Assembly (NCBI GenBank): GCA_963718235.1
Contig: CAVQYR010000001.1
Coordinates: 1,120,001 to 1,184,000, forward strand
Origin: an uncultured Actinomycetota bacterium
GTDB lineage: Bacteria > Actinomycetota > Actinomycetes > JAHEKZ01
Direction of reading: 5' to 3'
DNA: 64,000 nucleotides
This document shows, piece by piece, positions 35,897 through 46,288 of the stretch (its first letter is position 1; the number at the start of each line of letters is the position of its first letter). The notes under the pieces are model-generated. The model saw nothing but the letters and a program-made list of their open reading frames with translations, was not told the origin of the DNA and did no database searches. The position numbers and the translations under genes are program-made.

Positions 35897-36381
35897 GCCT
35901 GATCCGAGTCGCTCGCCTGATCCGTGGTGCCGGCCGGATCGCGGAGCCGGCGCCCGATGCACCCGAGGCTGCAGCCGCGACGCCACCGGAGCTGGTGGGC
36001 AGCATGCAGCTGCGACACGTCGACGCCGGCTCCTGCAACGGCTGTGAGATCGAGGTCGCCGCCTCGTTCGGTCCGGTCTACGACGCGGAGCGGTATGGGG
36101 CACGGTTGGTCGCATCCCCTCGACATGCCGACGCCGTGCTGGTGACGGGGGTCGTGACCCAGAACATGCTCGAACCACTGCGCCGCACCGTCGAGGCGAC
36201 TCCCAACCCACGCGTTGTGTTCGCAGTCGGGGACTGTGCGCTCAACTGCGGGGCGTTTGCCGGCGCCTACGGTGTCGCCGGGGCGGTTCGGGACGTCGTC
36301 GACGTCGACCTCGAGGTCCCGGGGTGCCCACCGGAGCCGCAGACTATCGTCGAGGCGCTGCGCAGGGTGACAGGCAGGTGA
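35893..36381 (+). CDS. Ehr/Hyc small Fe-S subunit (NuoB/HycG-like)
   Basis: GSCNGCEIE, SPRHAD, GDCA, PGCPP. Confidence 0.92.
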   Translation: MSLIRVARLIRGAGRIAEPAPDAPEAAAATPPELVGSMQLRHVDAGSCNGCEIEVAASFGPVYDAERYGARLVASPRHADAVLVTGVVTQNMLEPLRRTVEATPNPRVVFAVGDCALNCGAFAGAYGVAGAVRDVVDVDLEVPGCPPEPQTIVEALRRVTGR

Positions 36382-38375
36382 CCGCAGTCGAGGTCGGCCT
36401 GCTCGCACACTTGGTGCTCGCGGTTGCTGCAGTCGCGGGGGCCGTCCTGCTCGACGGTCGACGAAGGAACCTCTGGACGGGGTCGCTGTCCGCAGCGATT
36501 GGCGTTGTGGGGGTCACAACGGGAGCGCTGGTTCTGTCAGGCGAGCGAGGACGCGTCCCGCTGCCGACTGCACTCGACTTCGCCCCGTTCGCCCTCGACC
36601 CGGCGCCGTTGGGCGCCTTCTTCATGGTGGTGGTCGGGGCAGTCGGGGCGATCGCCTCGCTCTACGCGATTGGATACGCGCACGGACCGGCGGCGTCTCG
36701 AACCGCTTGGGTGGCGTGGCCACTCTTCCTTGTGGGGATGCAGTTCATCCCTTCGACGGCGGACGCCATCTCTTTCCTGCTCATGTGGGAGGTGATGGCA
36801 GTCGCGTCGGCCGCCCTCGTCCTCACGGACCACGCCCGGAGCGTGGCCGTGCGTTCGGGGGGGCTCTGGTACGCCGTGATGACCCAGCTCAGCTTCCTGT
36901 TGCTGCTGCTCGGGTTCGCCTTGCTTGCGGCTGCGGGTGGTGGCACGTCCTTCGCAGCGATGAGTGCCATCGACCCGTCGTCGGTCCAGTCATCAGCGGG
37001 ATTTGTGCTCCTCGTGGTCGGCTTCGCCACCAAGGCGGGCATCGTGCCGCTCCACGTCTGGCTGCCTAGGGCTCACCCAGTAGCACCGAGTCACGTGTCG
37101 GCGGTGATGAGTGCCGCGATGGTCAAGATGGGCGTGTACGGGGCCTTACTCGTGGCCTGGCAGCTGCTCCCCGACGGTCCGGCCTGGGAGGGGCTTCTCA
37201 TCCTGGGCCTCGGCGCCATCTCAGCGGTCTACGGAATCCTTCAGGCATCCGTTGCCACCGACCTGAAACGGCTGCTCGCCTACTCCACCACCGAGAACGT
37301 CGGACTGATGTTCGTCGCGCTGGGCGTTGCGGCGCTTCCCCACGGCACGTCTGAGGAGGGGCTCGCCGACGTGGCGGTCGCGGCATGCCTTCTTCTCGTC
37401 GTTGGCCATGCTGCGTTCAAGACCACTCTCTTTCTGGGTGCCGGCTCGGTGCTACACGTGACCGGAGAGCGAGATCTTGACCGGATGGGCGGTCTCATGC
37501 ACCGAATGCCCGCCACGGCCACCGCCTTCGGGATCGGTGCGCTTGGTGCCGCCGCCCTCCCGGTCACTGTCGGGTTCGCCTCCGAGTGGGTGCTGCTGCA
37601 GGCACTCATCCACGGAGGTGAGGCGCAAGACCGCCTTATCGCAGTCGTGCTGCCGGTCGCCATCGCACTGGTAGCGCTGACGGCGGGCCTCGCACTATTG
37701 ACCTTTGCCAAGGCGTTTGGCATTGCCTTTCTGGCGAGGGCTCGAAGTGCCGAGACCGAGGCCGCTGTCGAGAGTGGCGCTGCCATGCGCGTTGCCATGC
37801 TGGCCGCCGCCGCGATGGTTGTCGTGCTCGGACTCGTCCCGGGAGCTGTGGTGTCGGTGGCAGCGACTGCTGCAGACCTCACCGGTGTCGGGGCCGTCGG
37901 CCTCGGCGGCATCGACCTCAGCGAGGTCGGCGCGCTGCTCGACCCGGCTGCGCTGACTCTGATGGCTGCGGCGATGGCCGTGCCGGTGATCATCGTCTCG
38001 GCATTCGCCTCCCGACGCCGCGCCCGCCGTCGCGTCGAGCTAGCCTGGGGATGCGGTGGGATGCGGGTCAGCCCTCGGATGCAGTACACCGCAACGTCCT
38101 ACGCCGAGCCTCTCGCGAGAGTCTTCGACGATGCGCTGCGTCCAGAGCGCGACGTGGACGTGACCCACCTGGACGAGTCCCGCTACCTCGTCGAGCGAGT
38201 GCAGTTCCGGCAACAGGTCACCGACGTGGTCGAGGACCGGGTCTACCGGCCGATCGTCGCTGGGGCCGACTGGGTCGGCGTGCTGGCCCGCCGCATCCAG
38301 AACGGCAGTATCCACCGCTACCTCGGGTATGCCTTCGCCGCCCTACTGATCGTGCTGCTGGTGGTGTCGCTGTGA
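36378..38375 (+). CDS. Antiporter-like membrane subunit (HyfB-like)
   Basis: KAGIVPLHVWLPRAH, LKRLLAYSTTEN, MQYTATSY. Confidence 0.9.
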   Translation: MTAVEVGLLAHLVLAVAAVAGAVLLDGRRRNLWTGSLSAAIGVVGVTTGALVLSGERGRVPLPTALDFAPFALDPAPLGAFFMVVVGAVGAIASLYAIGYAHGPAASRTAWVAWPLFLVGMQFIPSTADAISFLLMWEVMAVASAALVLTDHARSVAVRSGGLWYAVMTQLSFLLLLLGFALLAAAGGGTSFAAMSAIDPSSVQSSAGFVLLVVGFATKAGIVPLHVWLPRAHPVAPSHVSAVMSAAMVKMGVYGALLVAWQLLPDGPAWEGLLILGLGAISAVYGILQASVATDLKRLLAYSTTENVGLMFVALGVAALPHGTSEEGLADVAVAACLLLVVGHAAFKTTLFLGAGSVLHVTGERDLDRMGGLMHRMPATATAFGIGALGAAALPVTVGFASEWVLLQALIHGGEAQDRLIAVVLPVAIALVALTAGLALLTFAKAFGIAFLARARSAETEAAVESGAAMRVAMLAAAAMVVVLGLVPGAVVSVAATAADLTGVGAVGLGGIDLSEVGALLDPAALTLMAAAMAVPVIIVSAFASRRRARRRVELAWGCGGMRVSPRMQYTATSYAEPLARVFDDALRPERDVDVTHLDESRYLVERVQFRQQVTDVVEDRVYRPIVAGADWVGVLARRIQNGSIHRYLGYAFAALLIVLLVVSL

Positions 38376-39331
38376 GCGTCGGGGTAGCCGTGCTTGTCGC
38401 CGTGCAGGTGGCCGTCATGGTGGTCGTGGCGCCGTTGCTCGTCGGACTCATGCGACAAGTGCGTGCACGTCTGGAGGGCCGGGTCGGCGCCGGTGTCCTT
38501 CAGCCGTGGCGAGACCTGCGCAAGCTCATACGCAAGGAGCCGCTGCAGGCGGCCGGCACCAGCTGGGTCCAGCTCGTTGGCCCCGTGGTGCTGGTCGTGT
38601 CGAGCCTTGTGGTGTGCGCGCTGACTCCCCTGATGGGCACCTCCACGTTCGAGCAGCTGCCGGATGACCTGTTCGTGGTGGTCTCGGTGTTGCTGGTCGG
38701 CACCGTCGCACTCGCTTTGGTCGGTTTGGACGCTGGCACCGCTTTCGGTGGCATGGGTTCCAGTCGGCACATGACCATCGCTGCCCTCGTCGAGCCGACC
38801 GTCCTGGTCTCCATCTACGCGCTGTCGATTCCAGTTGGGTCATCCGCGCTATCCCAGATCGTGGCGGCCCGCCTCACGGACCCGGTGAGCGTGGCGGCCC
38901 CCGTCAGCCTGCTCGCCCTGCTGGCGCTCACCGTTGCGGTGGTCGCGGAGACCGGCCGTCTGCCAGTCGACAATCCCAGCACCCATCTCGAGCTGACGAT
39001 GATCCATGAGGCGATGGTTCTGGAGAGCTCAGGTCGCGACCTGGGCTGGCTCGAGCTGGGATCCTGGCTGAGGTTGGCGGCGCTCCTCGGTCTGCTCAGC
39101 ACTCTGCTGATTCCCTGGGGAGTCGGCACCGAGGTGACTGCCTCCGCACTGCTGTTGGCGGGGTTTGCGCTCGTCGTCAAGTTGGCGCTCGCCGGTGCGT
39201 TACTCGCCGGAGCCGAGGTCTTCCTGGCCAAGGTGCGACTGTTTCGGGTACCCGAGCTCCTCGCTGGCTCCTTTGTGCTCGCCTTCCTCGCCGTGACCGC
39301 GTCGTACCTGGTGACAGGAGCCGCGGCATGA
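38372..39331 (+). CDS. NuoH/HycD/HyfC-like membrane subunit
   Basis: RARLEGRVG, AETGRLPVDNP..HLELTMIHE. Confidence 0.9.
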   Translation: MSVGVAVLVAVQVAVMVVVAPLLVGLMRQVRARLEGRVGAGVLQPWRDLRKLIRKEPLQAAGTSWVQLVGPVVLVVSSLVVCALTPLMGTSTFEQLPDDLFVVVSVLLVGTVALALVGLDAGTAFGGMGSSRHMTIAALVEPTVLVSIYALSIPVGSSALSQIVAARLTDPVSVAAPVSLLALLALTVAVVAETGRLPVDNPSTHLELTMIHEAMVLESSGRDLGWLELGSWLRLAALLGLLSTLLIPWGVGTEVTASALLLAGFALVVKLALAGALLAGAEVFLAKVRLFRVPELLAGSFVLAFLAVTASYLVTGAAA

Positions 39332-39990
39332 ACGAGTCTCTGTACGCGCAACTGCTCGGCATGACGACCGGGGTGCTGCTGCTCTCCGGAGTCCTCCTGG
39401 TCTGGCGTCGATCACTGGTCGCCCAGTGGCGTCTCCTGGCGCTTCAGGGTGTGGCCTTGGCTGCACTGATCCTGGTGCTTGCCACCCACGAGGGCAGTGT
39501 GGAGCTGGTCGGTGTCGCCCTGCTGGTGCTGTTGCTGAAAGGGCTAGTTCTGCCGGCGGTTCTGGCTCGCACGGTGGCAGCGGACACCTGGCACGTGCGC
39601 GAGGAGTCGCCCCTGATCAACACCACTGCTGCGCTCATCAGCGTCTCGCTGCTCACCATGCTCGCGTTCCTGGTCAGCCAGCCTCTGGAGGTGCTCGGCG
39701 ATAGCCCCAACATCGCGGCGGTTCCTGTGGGTGTTGCGCTGGTGCTCTACGGCTTCCTGCTGCTCGTGAGCCGACGACACGCAATCTCCCAGGTCGTCGG
39801 CTTCCTCGTACTCGACAACGGCATCGCCATCGTGGCTTTCCTGACCGCTGGAGGCGTACCTTTCGTCGTCGAGTTGGGCGTCTCCCTGGATGTGCTGCTC
39901 GTCGTCCTGGTCCTGTACATCCTCACCAGCCGGATCCGCGTGGAGTTCGGCGCTGCCGACCTCGACGACCTGAGGGCGCTGCGCGACTGA
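39328..39990 (+). CDS. HyfE-like membrane subunit
   Basis: SQVVGFLVLDNGI, VELGVSLD; position in operon. Confidence 0.85.
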   Translation: MNESLYAQLLGMTTGVLLLSGVLLVWRRSLVAQWRLLALQGVALAALILVLATHEGSVELVGVALLVLLLKGLVLPAVLARTVAADTWHVREESPLINTTAALISVSLLTMLAFLVSQPLEVLGDSPNIAAVPVGVALVLYGFLLLVSRRHAISQVVGFLVLDNGIAIVAFLTAGGVPFVVELGVSLDVLLVVLVLYILTSRIRVEFGAADLDDLRALRD

Positions 39991-41441
39991 TGGCTGCCCT
40001 CGTGCTGTTCCCAGTGCTGACCTGCTTCTCGCTGTCCGTCGGGAGCGCCGTCTTCCGGTCGCCCGTGCTGCAGCGGTTTGCAGGTGTCGCTGCGGCCACT
40101 GCGGTTCTGGGGTCTGGGGTGTGCCTGGTTGTCGAAGTCCTGGGTGGAGGTACCCCGACCGCGATCAGTGGGCAGCTTCGCGTCGATGCCCTCTCCGCCT
40201 ACATGTTGACCGTTGTCGGTGCCGTTGGTCTGACGGCGTTGTGGGGCGGCCTTGCCGACCGCACCGCGCCACCGGGTCGCGCATACCCCACCCTGGTCAC
40301 CCTCTTTCTTGGAGCGATGTCGCTGGCCGTCCTGGCAGACAACCTGGGGGTGCTGTGGGTTGCCGTCGAAGCAACGACGATCGCGACCGCGTTCCTGGTC
40401 GGCCACGCTGTCAGCCGAAGGTCGCTGGAGGCTGCTTGGAAGTACGTCGTCCTGGGTTCAGTCGGGGTCGCCATCGCCTTCCTGGGGATTGTCCTCCTCT
40501 ACGCTGCGACGCTGGCTGCTGGGACGCCGACCCTGTCTTGGTCTCAGCTCATAGTGGCGGAGCTCCCGCTCGACCCGGCCCTGATCACCGTGGCTGGTGC
40601 GCTCGCCGTCCTCGGATTTGCCACCAAGGCAGGGCTGGCCCCTGTGCACAGCTGGCTTCCCGACGCACATAGTCAGGCACCGGCGCCGGTCTCAGGCCTG
40701 ATGTCCGGTGTCCTGCTCTCAGTGGCCTTCTACGCCATTCTGCGCGTTCAGGCGGTGGTCGACCCGGTCATCGGACCAGGGTTGATGCGTGGAATGCTCG
40801 TCACCGCCGGCCTATTGTCGCTCACCATCGCGGCGCTGCTGATCTTGCGTCAGCGCGACCTGAAACGCATGCTTGCCTACTCCAGCATCGAGCACATGGG
40901 GCTACTCGCGCTGGCCGCGGCCATCGGTAGCACGTTGGCGCTGTCTGCTGCACTGCTGCACGTGCTGGGTCACGGTTTGGCCAAGTCGAGCACGTTCGTC
41001 ATCTCTGGTCGGGTACTCAGAACCGAGGGCACCACCACCATTGCGTCGATCCGCACGCTCCTGGCTCGCCGACCGGGCGTCGGCATCCCGCTTCTGTTCG
41101 GAATGCTCGCGCTGCTCGGGTTCCCCCCTTTCAGTCTCTTCTTCTCCGAGGTCGGCATCATTGTCGCGAGCGTCCAGGAGGGCATGGTGTGGGCTGCGGC
41201 ACCGGCGGTCCTGCTGCTGCTCGTGCTCTTTGCCGCCCTCGGCCGGCACACCAGAGCCATGCTCTTCGGCGGCTCCTCCGACGAAGACGACGGCCAGGAC
41301 AGGGAAGAACCCGATCGAGATGCGCACGGGCCAGTGCTGCCGATCCTTCTGGCCCTGGGTGCCACTGCAGTCATCGGCTTTGCCTCTGGTTCGTTCGCGA
41401 CCCTGCTGATCGAAGCTGCCAATGTGCTCGGGGGTGCCTGA
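39990..41441 (+). CDS. Antiporter-like membrane subunit (HyfF-like)
   Basis: LEAAWKY, KAGLAPVHSWLPDAHSQAP, KRMLAYSSIEH. Confidence 0.9.
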   Translation: MAALVLFPVLTCFSLSVGSAVFRSPVLQRFAGVAAATAVLGSGVCLVVEVLGGGTPTAISGQLRVDALSAYMLTVVGAVGLTALWGGLADRTAPPGRAYPTLVTLFLGAMSLAVLADNLGVLWVAVEATTIATAFLVGHAVSRRSLEAAWKYVVLGSVGVAIAFLGIVLLYAATLAAGTPTLSWSQLIVAELPLDPALITVAGALAVLGFATKAGLAPVHSWLPDAHSQAPAPVSGLMSGVLLSVAFYAILRVQAVVDPVIGPGLMRGMLVTAGLLSLTIAALLILRQRDLKRMLAYSSIEHMGLLALAAAIGSTLALSAALLHVLGHGLAKSSTFVISGRVLRTEGTTTIASIRTLLARRPGVGIPLLFGMLALLGFPPFSLFFSEVGIIVASVQEGMVWAAAPAVLLLLVLFAALGRHTRAMLFGGSSDEDDGQDREEPDRDAHGPVLPILLALGATAVIGFASGSFATLLIEAANVLGGA

Positions 41442-42916
41442 TGCGGAAGGTCGTTGACGTGACCTTCGACACTTTGGCCCCCGAGGTCGTGTCGCGGCTG
41501 GCCGACGGGTTCCGCGTCGCGCTGGTGAGCGGCTGCGAGGACGCTGACCGCTTGCGCGTCGTCTACGTTCTGGTGCGCAGTCGTGATGACCATCGAGTCG
41601 AGTTGAGACTGCCGGTCCCCAAACACGATCCGGTGGTCCCGAGCCTGGCCGCCTATGACTACTCCCTCGGACGGTTCGAGCGTGAGGTGCGCGACCTCTA
41701 CGGCATCATCCCTGCCGACCACCCTCTGCCCCAACGGCTGGTACGGCACGGCCACTGGCCACGTGGTTGGTACCCGATGCGTCAAGACGCCGATCCGACA
41801 CCGCGCTTTGACCTCGACGTCGGCTCCTTCCCGTTCCTGGAAGTAGCGGGCGACGGCGTGTACGAGATCCCGGTAGGTCCGGTGCACGCCGGCCTCATCG
41901 AGCCGGGACACTTCCGGTTCTCTGTCGTCGGCGAGACGATCCTGCGCCTTAAGGCGCGACTCTGGTTCGTCCACCGGGGGATCGAGAAGCTCTTCGAAGG
42001 GCGCCGGCCGGGCGACGGAGTCGAGCTGGCTGAGCGGGTCAGCGGTGACACCGCTGTCGGGCACGCGCTCTCGTACGTCATGGCCGTCGAGGACGCAGCC
42101 GGGATCGAGGTGTCCGAGGACGATCGGCTGGTTCGCGCCCTGCTGCTGGAGCTCGAGCGGCTCCACAATCACGTCGCCGACCTCGGTGCACTCGCAAATG
42201 ACGTCGGCTACGGCATCGCCAATGTGCACGCACAGCGACTTCGGGAGCAGCTGTTGCGCGTCAACAAGGGGACCACCGGCCACCGGCTGCTGCGCGGCGG
42301 GATCTCCGTTGGCGGGGCGCGGTTGCTTGCGCTGCCGGACGTCGGGCAAGTCGCTGAGGTTGCTGGCGCTGCCGCGGACCTCGCCGCCATCACGTTGGGC
42401 AACTCCACGGTGCGTGACCGGTTCGCGGGAACGGCAGTGCTCGCGACTGAGACGGCGTCCAACCTGGGCACTCTCGGCTACGTGGCACGGGCTTCCGGCA
42501 TCGAGGTCGATGCCCGCCACAACCACCCGTTCGTCGACCTCGGACCCGACTTTCACCCGGTGCTCGAAGGTGACGGCGACGTGATGGCGCGCTATCTCGT
42601 CCGACTGCGCGAGGTAGAGGTGTCCGCGCGTCTGGTCGAGAGCCTCAGCACTCGACTGGCTGGGAGACAGGGAAGCGGAAGGCACGCTGACACTCAGTCG
42701 ACGGGCGCTGGGCTGGGGCTCGTCGAGGGGTGGCGGGGCACCATTGCCCACCGCGTCGAGCTGAACCAGGCGGGAGCGGTGGCCCGGCTCAAGATCGTCG
42801 ACCCGTCGTTCTTCAACTGGCCCGCCCTCCCCGTGGCCCTGTCGGACACGATCGTTCCCGACTTCCCTCTGGTCAACAAGAGCTTCAATCAGTCGTACGC
42901 GGGTAATGACCTTTGA
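41441..42916 (+). CDS. Ehr large subunit (HycE/NuoCD-like) without NiFe ligands
   Basis: GPVHAGLIEPGHF, HRGIEK, ERVSGD (no CxxC), EGWRG, ends SFNQSYAGNDL (no DPCxxC). Confidence 0.9.
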   Translation: MRKVVDVTFDTLAPEVVSRLADGFRVALVSGCEDADRLRVVYVLVRSRDDHRVELRLPVPKHDPVVPSLAAYDYSLGRFEREVRDLYGIIPADHPLPQRLVRHGHWPRGWYPMRQDADPTPRFDLDVGSFPFLEVAGDGVYEIPVGPVHAGLIEPGHFRFSVVGETILRLKARLWFVHRGIEKLFEGRRPGDGVELAERVSGDTAVGHALSYVMAVEDAAGIEVSEDDRLVRALLLELERLHNHVADLGALANDVGYGIANVHAQRLREQLLRVNKGTTGHRLLRGGISVGGARLLALPDVGQVAEVAGAAADLAAITLGNSTVRDRFAGTAVLATETASNLGTLGYVARASGIEVDARHNHPFVDLGPDFHPVLEGDGDVMARYLVRLREVEVSARLVESLSTRLAGRQGSGRHADTQSTGAGLGLVEGWRGTIAHRVELNQAGAVARLKIVDPSFFNWPALPVALSDTIVPDFPLVNKSFNQSYAGNDL

Positions 42917-42928
42917 CATGGCATACCG

Positions 42929-43130
42929 CTATCGGTGGGAGTGATGCTCGGCGATAGGGACGCGCAGCCGCAGCCCCCCGCTGGCGTCATCGGCCTCCAC
43001 GTGGGTGAGGTCAAGGTTGTCCCAGGTCCAGCTGCCGACTGAACACTCCCCGCGGCCGTTCAATGGCAAGCGCTCGGCCTTGATGGACAGGACGATGCGT
43101 TCCACGTCGTGGTCGACGGTGGACGGGATC
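42929..43130 (-). pseudogene. Degraded Hsp20 (Hsp18-like) gene
   Basis: Across two frames: DVERIVLSIKAER / ERPRGVFSRQL / DNLDLTHVEAD..GGLRLRVPIAE. Confidence 0.65.
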
Positions 43131-43504
43131 GAGAGAGCTGCCGCCGCGAGCTGGGGGCTGGCCCGCGATGCACTCCTCGAAGGACCGCGACTGCTCGAGC
43201 TGGCCAACCTGCTCGGGCGCTGTGTCCTGTCGACCCGAGGGAGGTCTTCGACGAGGCGCTTGCCGGAGGCCGTCGCCCTGAAGGATTGGTCTCGGGCCTA
43301 GGACCAGCGCGCCTGCGCGACACGGTGGCAGCTTCTGCGCTCGCTCGCAGTACACTCAGGCCCGCTAGGCGTGTCACGTCCTCCACGCGTGTCGGCCGCC
43401 CCAAGGGCAGGTTCTGCGGCACATCGCTCAAGCAGCAGCGTGCGGAGGAGCGACAACAGTCTGGCTGGTCACAGCATGGTGCAGTCGACCCATGGGGAGT
43501 GGGA

Positions 43505-45682
43505 GTGCCACCGAGAACGCGCCGTCGCGGGACGGGCCGCGCCGGCCCGCGAGGCCGGCAACCCGCCGCCCAGCAGCCCAACACGCCCAGAAGCAGCGCA
43601 GCGAGGCGCCGCAACGACCAGGGCGGAGTCCCGGTCCTGGCCAACGCGATGCGGCGGGTCGCGTCGGCGGTTGACAAGGGCAGGGTCACCGCGTCCACGC
43701 TGGCGACGTTCCAGGCGGTGGCGACCGTGGCCCGCGAGCTGCGCACGCAGGCCAAGGCGGAGCCCAACGATCGACGCCGAACGGCCGAGCTGAAGCGCCT
43801 CGACGGTCTCGCCGAGTCCATGGCGCGTACGGCTACGCGCAACGCGTTGCTGCTGCGCTTGCTCGGCGACGACGTACCCGTCCAGCCGGGCACCAAGGAG
43901 GTGGCCCGGGAGCTGCGCGCCAAGGCGGGCCTGCCCGAGCCGGAGGCGCCGGCCGCACCCGTGCCGGATCCCGCCGCGACGCCTGAACGCCAGAAGCCGC
44001 AGGTGGTGCCGCAGTCCGTCGTCGCCCGGCAGCTGGCCAACCCGTTCCTCGCCCCGGACCACTCTGCCCCGCTGCCCGCGGCCGCCCCGGTCCGGCTGCT
44101 CGCCGACTGGGCGCTGATCGACCCGCTGCTGCGGTCCTTCGAGGAAGCCAGCGGTGGCGTCACGACGTGCATGGATCTCCCCGAACCATCCGGGGCGCAC
44201 ATCGCGCCGGGGCGCGACCTGATGCCCCACCAGGCCCGCATGGTCGCGGCTGCCAAGGCCGGGCACCGCACCTTCCTGCTCGCCGACGAGCCCGGCCTCG
44301 GCAAGACTGCCCAGGCGCTCCTCGCGGCTCAGACGACGAACGCCTTCCCGCTGCTGGTCGTCGTGCCGAACGTCGTCAAGACGAGCTGGGCGCGCGAGGC
44401 CGCGATGTGGACCCCGCAGCATCCGGCGACCGTGGTCCACAGCGACGGCGAGACCGTCGACGCCTTCTGCGACATCGTCATCGTCAACTACGACATCCTC
44501 AACCGGCACGTCGGCTGGCTGGGAACCTTCGGCTTCCGCGGGATGGTCATAGACGAGGCGCACTTCATCAAGAACAAGACGTCCCTGCGCTCGCGCAGCG
44601 TCCTCGACCTGTCGCGCAAGGTCCGGGAGCGGACCGTACGGCCGCTGCTCATGGCGCTGACCGGGACCCCCCTGATCAATGACATCGAGGACTTCCTGGC
44701 GATCTGGGAGTTCCTCGGCTGGATCGAGAACGACAAAGTGGCGCCCGCCCTGCTGCAGTCGCTCGAAAGCAACGGCCGTACGCCCGTCGAGCGGTCGTTC
44801 TACCCCGCGGCCCGGCAGAGCGTGATCGACCAGGGAATCGTTCGGCGGCGCAAGGACGAGGTGGCCAAGGACATCCCGGCCCGTCGGGTCGCGGACGTGC
44901 CGGTTGAGCTCGACGGCCCTGAGGCGACGTCGATCCGCAACGCCGAGCGCAAGCTCGTGCAGCGTCTGCTGAAGCGCTATCACAGCGCCTTGGCGGTGAA
45001 GGTCGCCGACGAGGGCGAGGAGCTCCAGGGCGGTATCGACCACGAGCTCGTCCGTCGGGTCGCGACGGGAGAGCTGAAGAAGGCGGGCGAGAAGGAGTCC
45101 GGCGAGAACGTCTTCGCCATGATGCGAAGGGTCGGTACTGCCAAGGCTGAGCTCGCCGCCGACTTCACCGCCCAGCTGTCCCGCAATGCCGGCAAGGTGG
45201 TCTTCTTCGCCAAGCACATCGACGTGATGGACACCGCCGAAGCTGCGCTGACGAAGCGGGGGATCAAGCACACGTCCATCCGCGGCGAGCAGACGCCGCG
45301 CGTGCGGAACCGCAACATCGACGCGTTCATCAACGACCGCGACGTGGAGGTGATCGTCTGCTCGCTGACCGCCGCCGGTGTCGGCGTCAACCTGCAGGTC
45401 GCGTCCAACGTCGTCCTGGCCGAGCTTTCCTGGACCTCGGCCGAGCAGACCCAGGCGATCGACCGGGTCCACCGGATCGGCCAGGACCAGCCGGTGACGG
45501 CCTGGCGGATCCTCGCGGCCCAGACGATCGACACCAAGGTGGCCGAGCTCATCGACTCCAAGGCGGGGCTGGCGGCGCGCGCCCTCGATGGGGCCGACGT
45601 CGGGGAGGGCGCCGACATCGACGTCCCGCTCGAGACGCTGGTGTCGTTGCTCACCAAGGCCCTGAACGAGACGGCGATCTAG
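43505..45682 (+). CDS. SNF2-family helicase (start codon uncertain)
   Basis: LADEPGLGKT, DEAH, LTGTP, QAIDRVHRIGQ. Confidence 0.9.
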   Translation: MPPRTRRRGTGRAGPRGRQPAAQQPNTPRSSAARRRNDQGGVPVLANAMRRVASAVDKGRVTASTLATFQAVATVARELRTQAKAEPNDRRRTAELKRLDGLAESMARTATRNALLLRLLGDDVPVQPGTKEVARELRAKAGLPEPEAPAAPVPDPAATPERQKPQVVPQSVVARQLANPFLAPDHSAPLPAAAPVRLLADWALIDPLLRSFEEASGGVTTCMDLPEPSGAHIAPGRDLMPHQARMVAAAKAGHRTFLLADEPGLGKTAQALLAAQTTNAFPLLVVVPNVVKTSWAREAAMWTPQHPATVVHSDGETVDAFCDIVIVNYDILNRHVGWLGTFGFRGMVIDEAHFIKNKTSLRSRSVLDLSRKVRERTVRPLLMALTGTPLINDIEDFLAIWEFLGWIENDKVAPALLQSLESNGRTPVERSFYPAARQSVIDQGIVRRRKDEVAKDIPARRVADVPVELDGPEATSIRNAERKLVQRLLKRYHSALAVKVADEGEELQGGIDHELVRRVATGELKKAGEKESGENVFAMMRRVGTAKAELAADFTAQLSRNAGKVVFFAKHIDVMDTAEAALTKRGIKHTSIRGEQTPRVRNRNIDAFINDRDVEVIVCSLTAAGVGVNLQVASNVVLAELSWTSAEQTQAIDRVHRIGQDQPVTAWRILAAQTIDTKVAELIDSKAGLAARALDGADVGEGADIDVPLETLVSLLTKALNETAI

Positions 45683-45720
45683 TAACTCCTGCACTCCAAG
45701 GGGGGACCACCCGGGTTGTC

Positions 45721-45990
45721 CATGAGGACCCTCCGCCTGAAGGTGACCGAGGCGCGGAGGTCAGATCGACAGGTCGCAGACGGTGGCGAAGACCCGTTGG
45801 TCGAACAGCATCCCCCGGTGACGGGGGATCGAAGAAGTCACGAGCATCGGCGGTAGCCCCGGAGTCTGGGCCGCCGTCCATGGACACGACTGGGGCACGC
45901 TGCCACAGACGGGTAAGAGCGCCGGATTCTGCCAGGCAGACAGGGGCGAGGCCGTCCGAAGCCTCATGGCACCTCTCTGTTGTCAAGGGG
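45721..45990 (-). pseudogene. Degenerate copy of the 3' end of the pRiA4b ORF-3 gene at 49431
   Basis: GGAGGTCAGATCGAC identical at 45756 and 49426, continuing (a/c)GGTCG(c/a)AGACGGTGGCGAAGA; PVCLA and FATVCDLSI remnants. Confidence 0.65.
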
Positions 45991-46187
45991 TGCCCTGAGG
46001 TGCGCGCGGATGGGCCATGATCGGGGCATGTCCTGGGACCTCGACGAGCAGGAGGAGCGCGAGTTGGTCGACGAGTACGTGGGCACTCGGGAGCCGACAC
46101 GCGGGACTGCTCCTCCTGCAATGGCCAAGGCAAACTGGACGACGACGCAGTTTCCCTTGTAACCCCACGATCCTCGGACACATAATC

Positions 46188-46237
46188 CGTCGGGTCGTCG
46201 GGTCGTCGGGTCGTCGGGTCGTCGGGTCGTCGGGTCG
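46188..46237. repeat. Tandem repeat, about 6 x CGGGTCGT
   Basis: Read directly; perfect 8-bp units. Confidence 0.95.
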
Positions 46238-46288
46238 AGTCCGACGCCCTCTACGCCGGTCGAATGATCAACGAATCCTGGAGTGCAC

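Noticed and set aside
41441-42916. True NiFe hydrogenase or formate hydrogenlyase
   Set aside because: The Ni-binding CxxC motifs are absent and no maturation genes are present.
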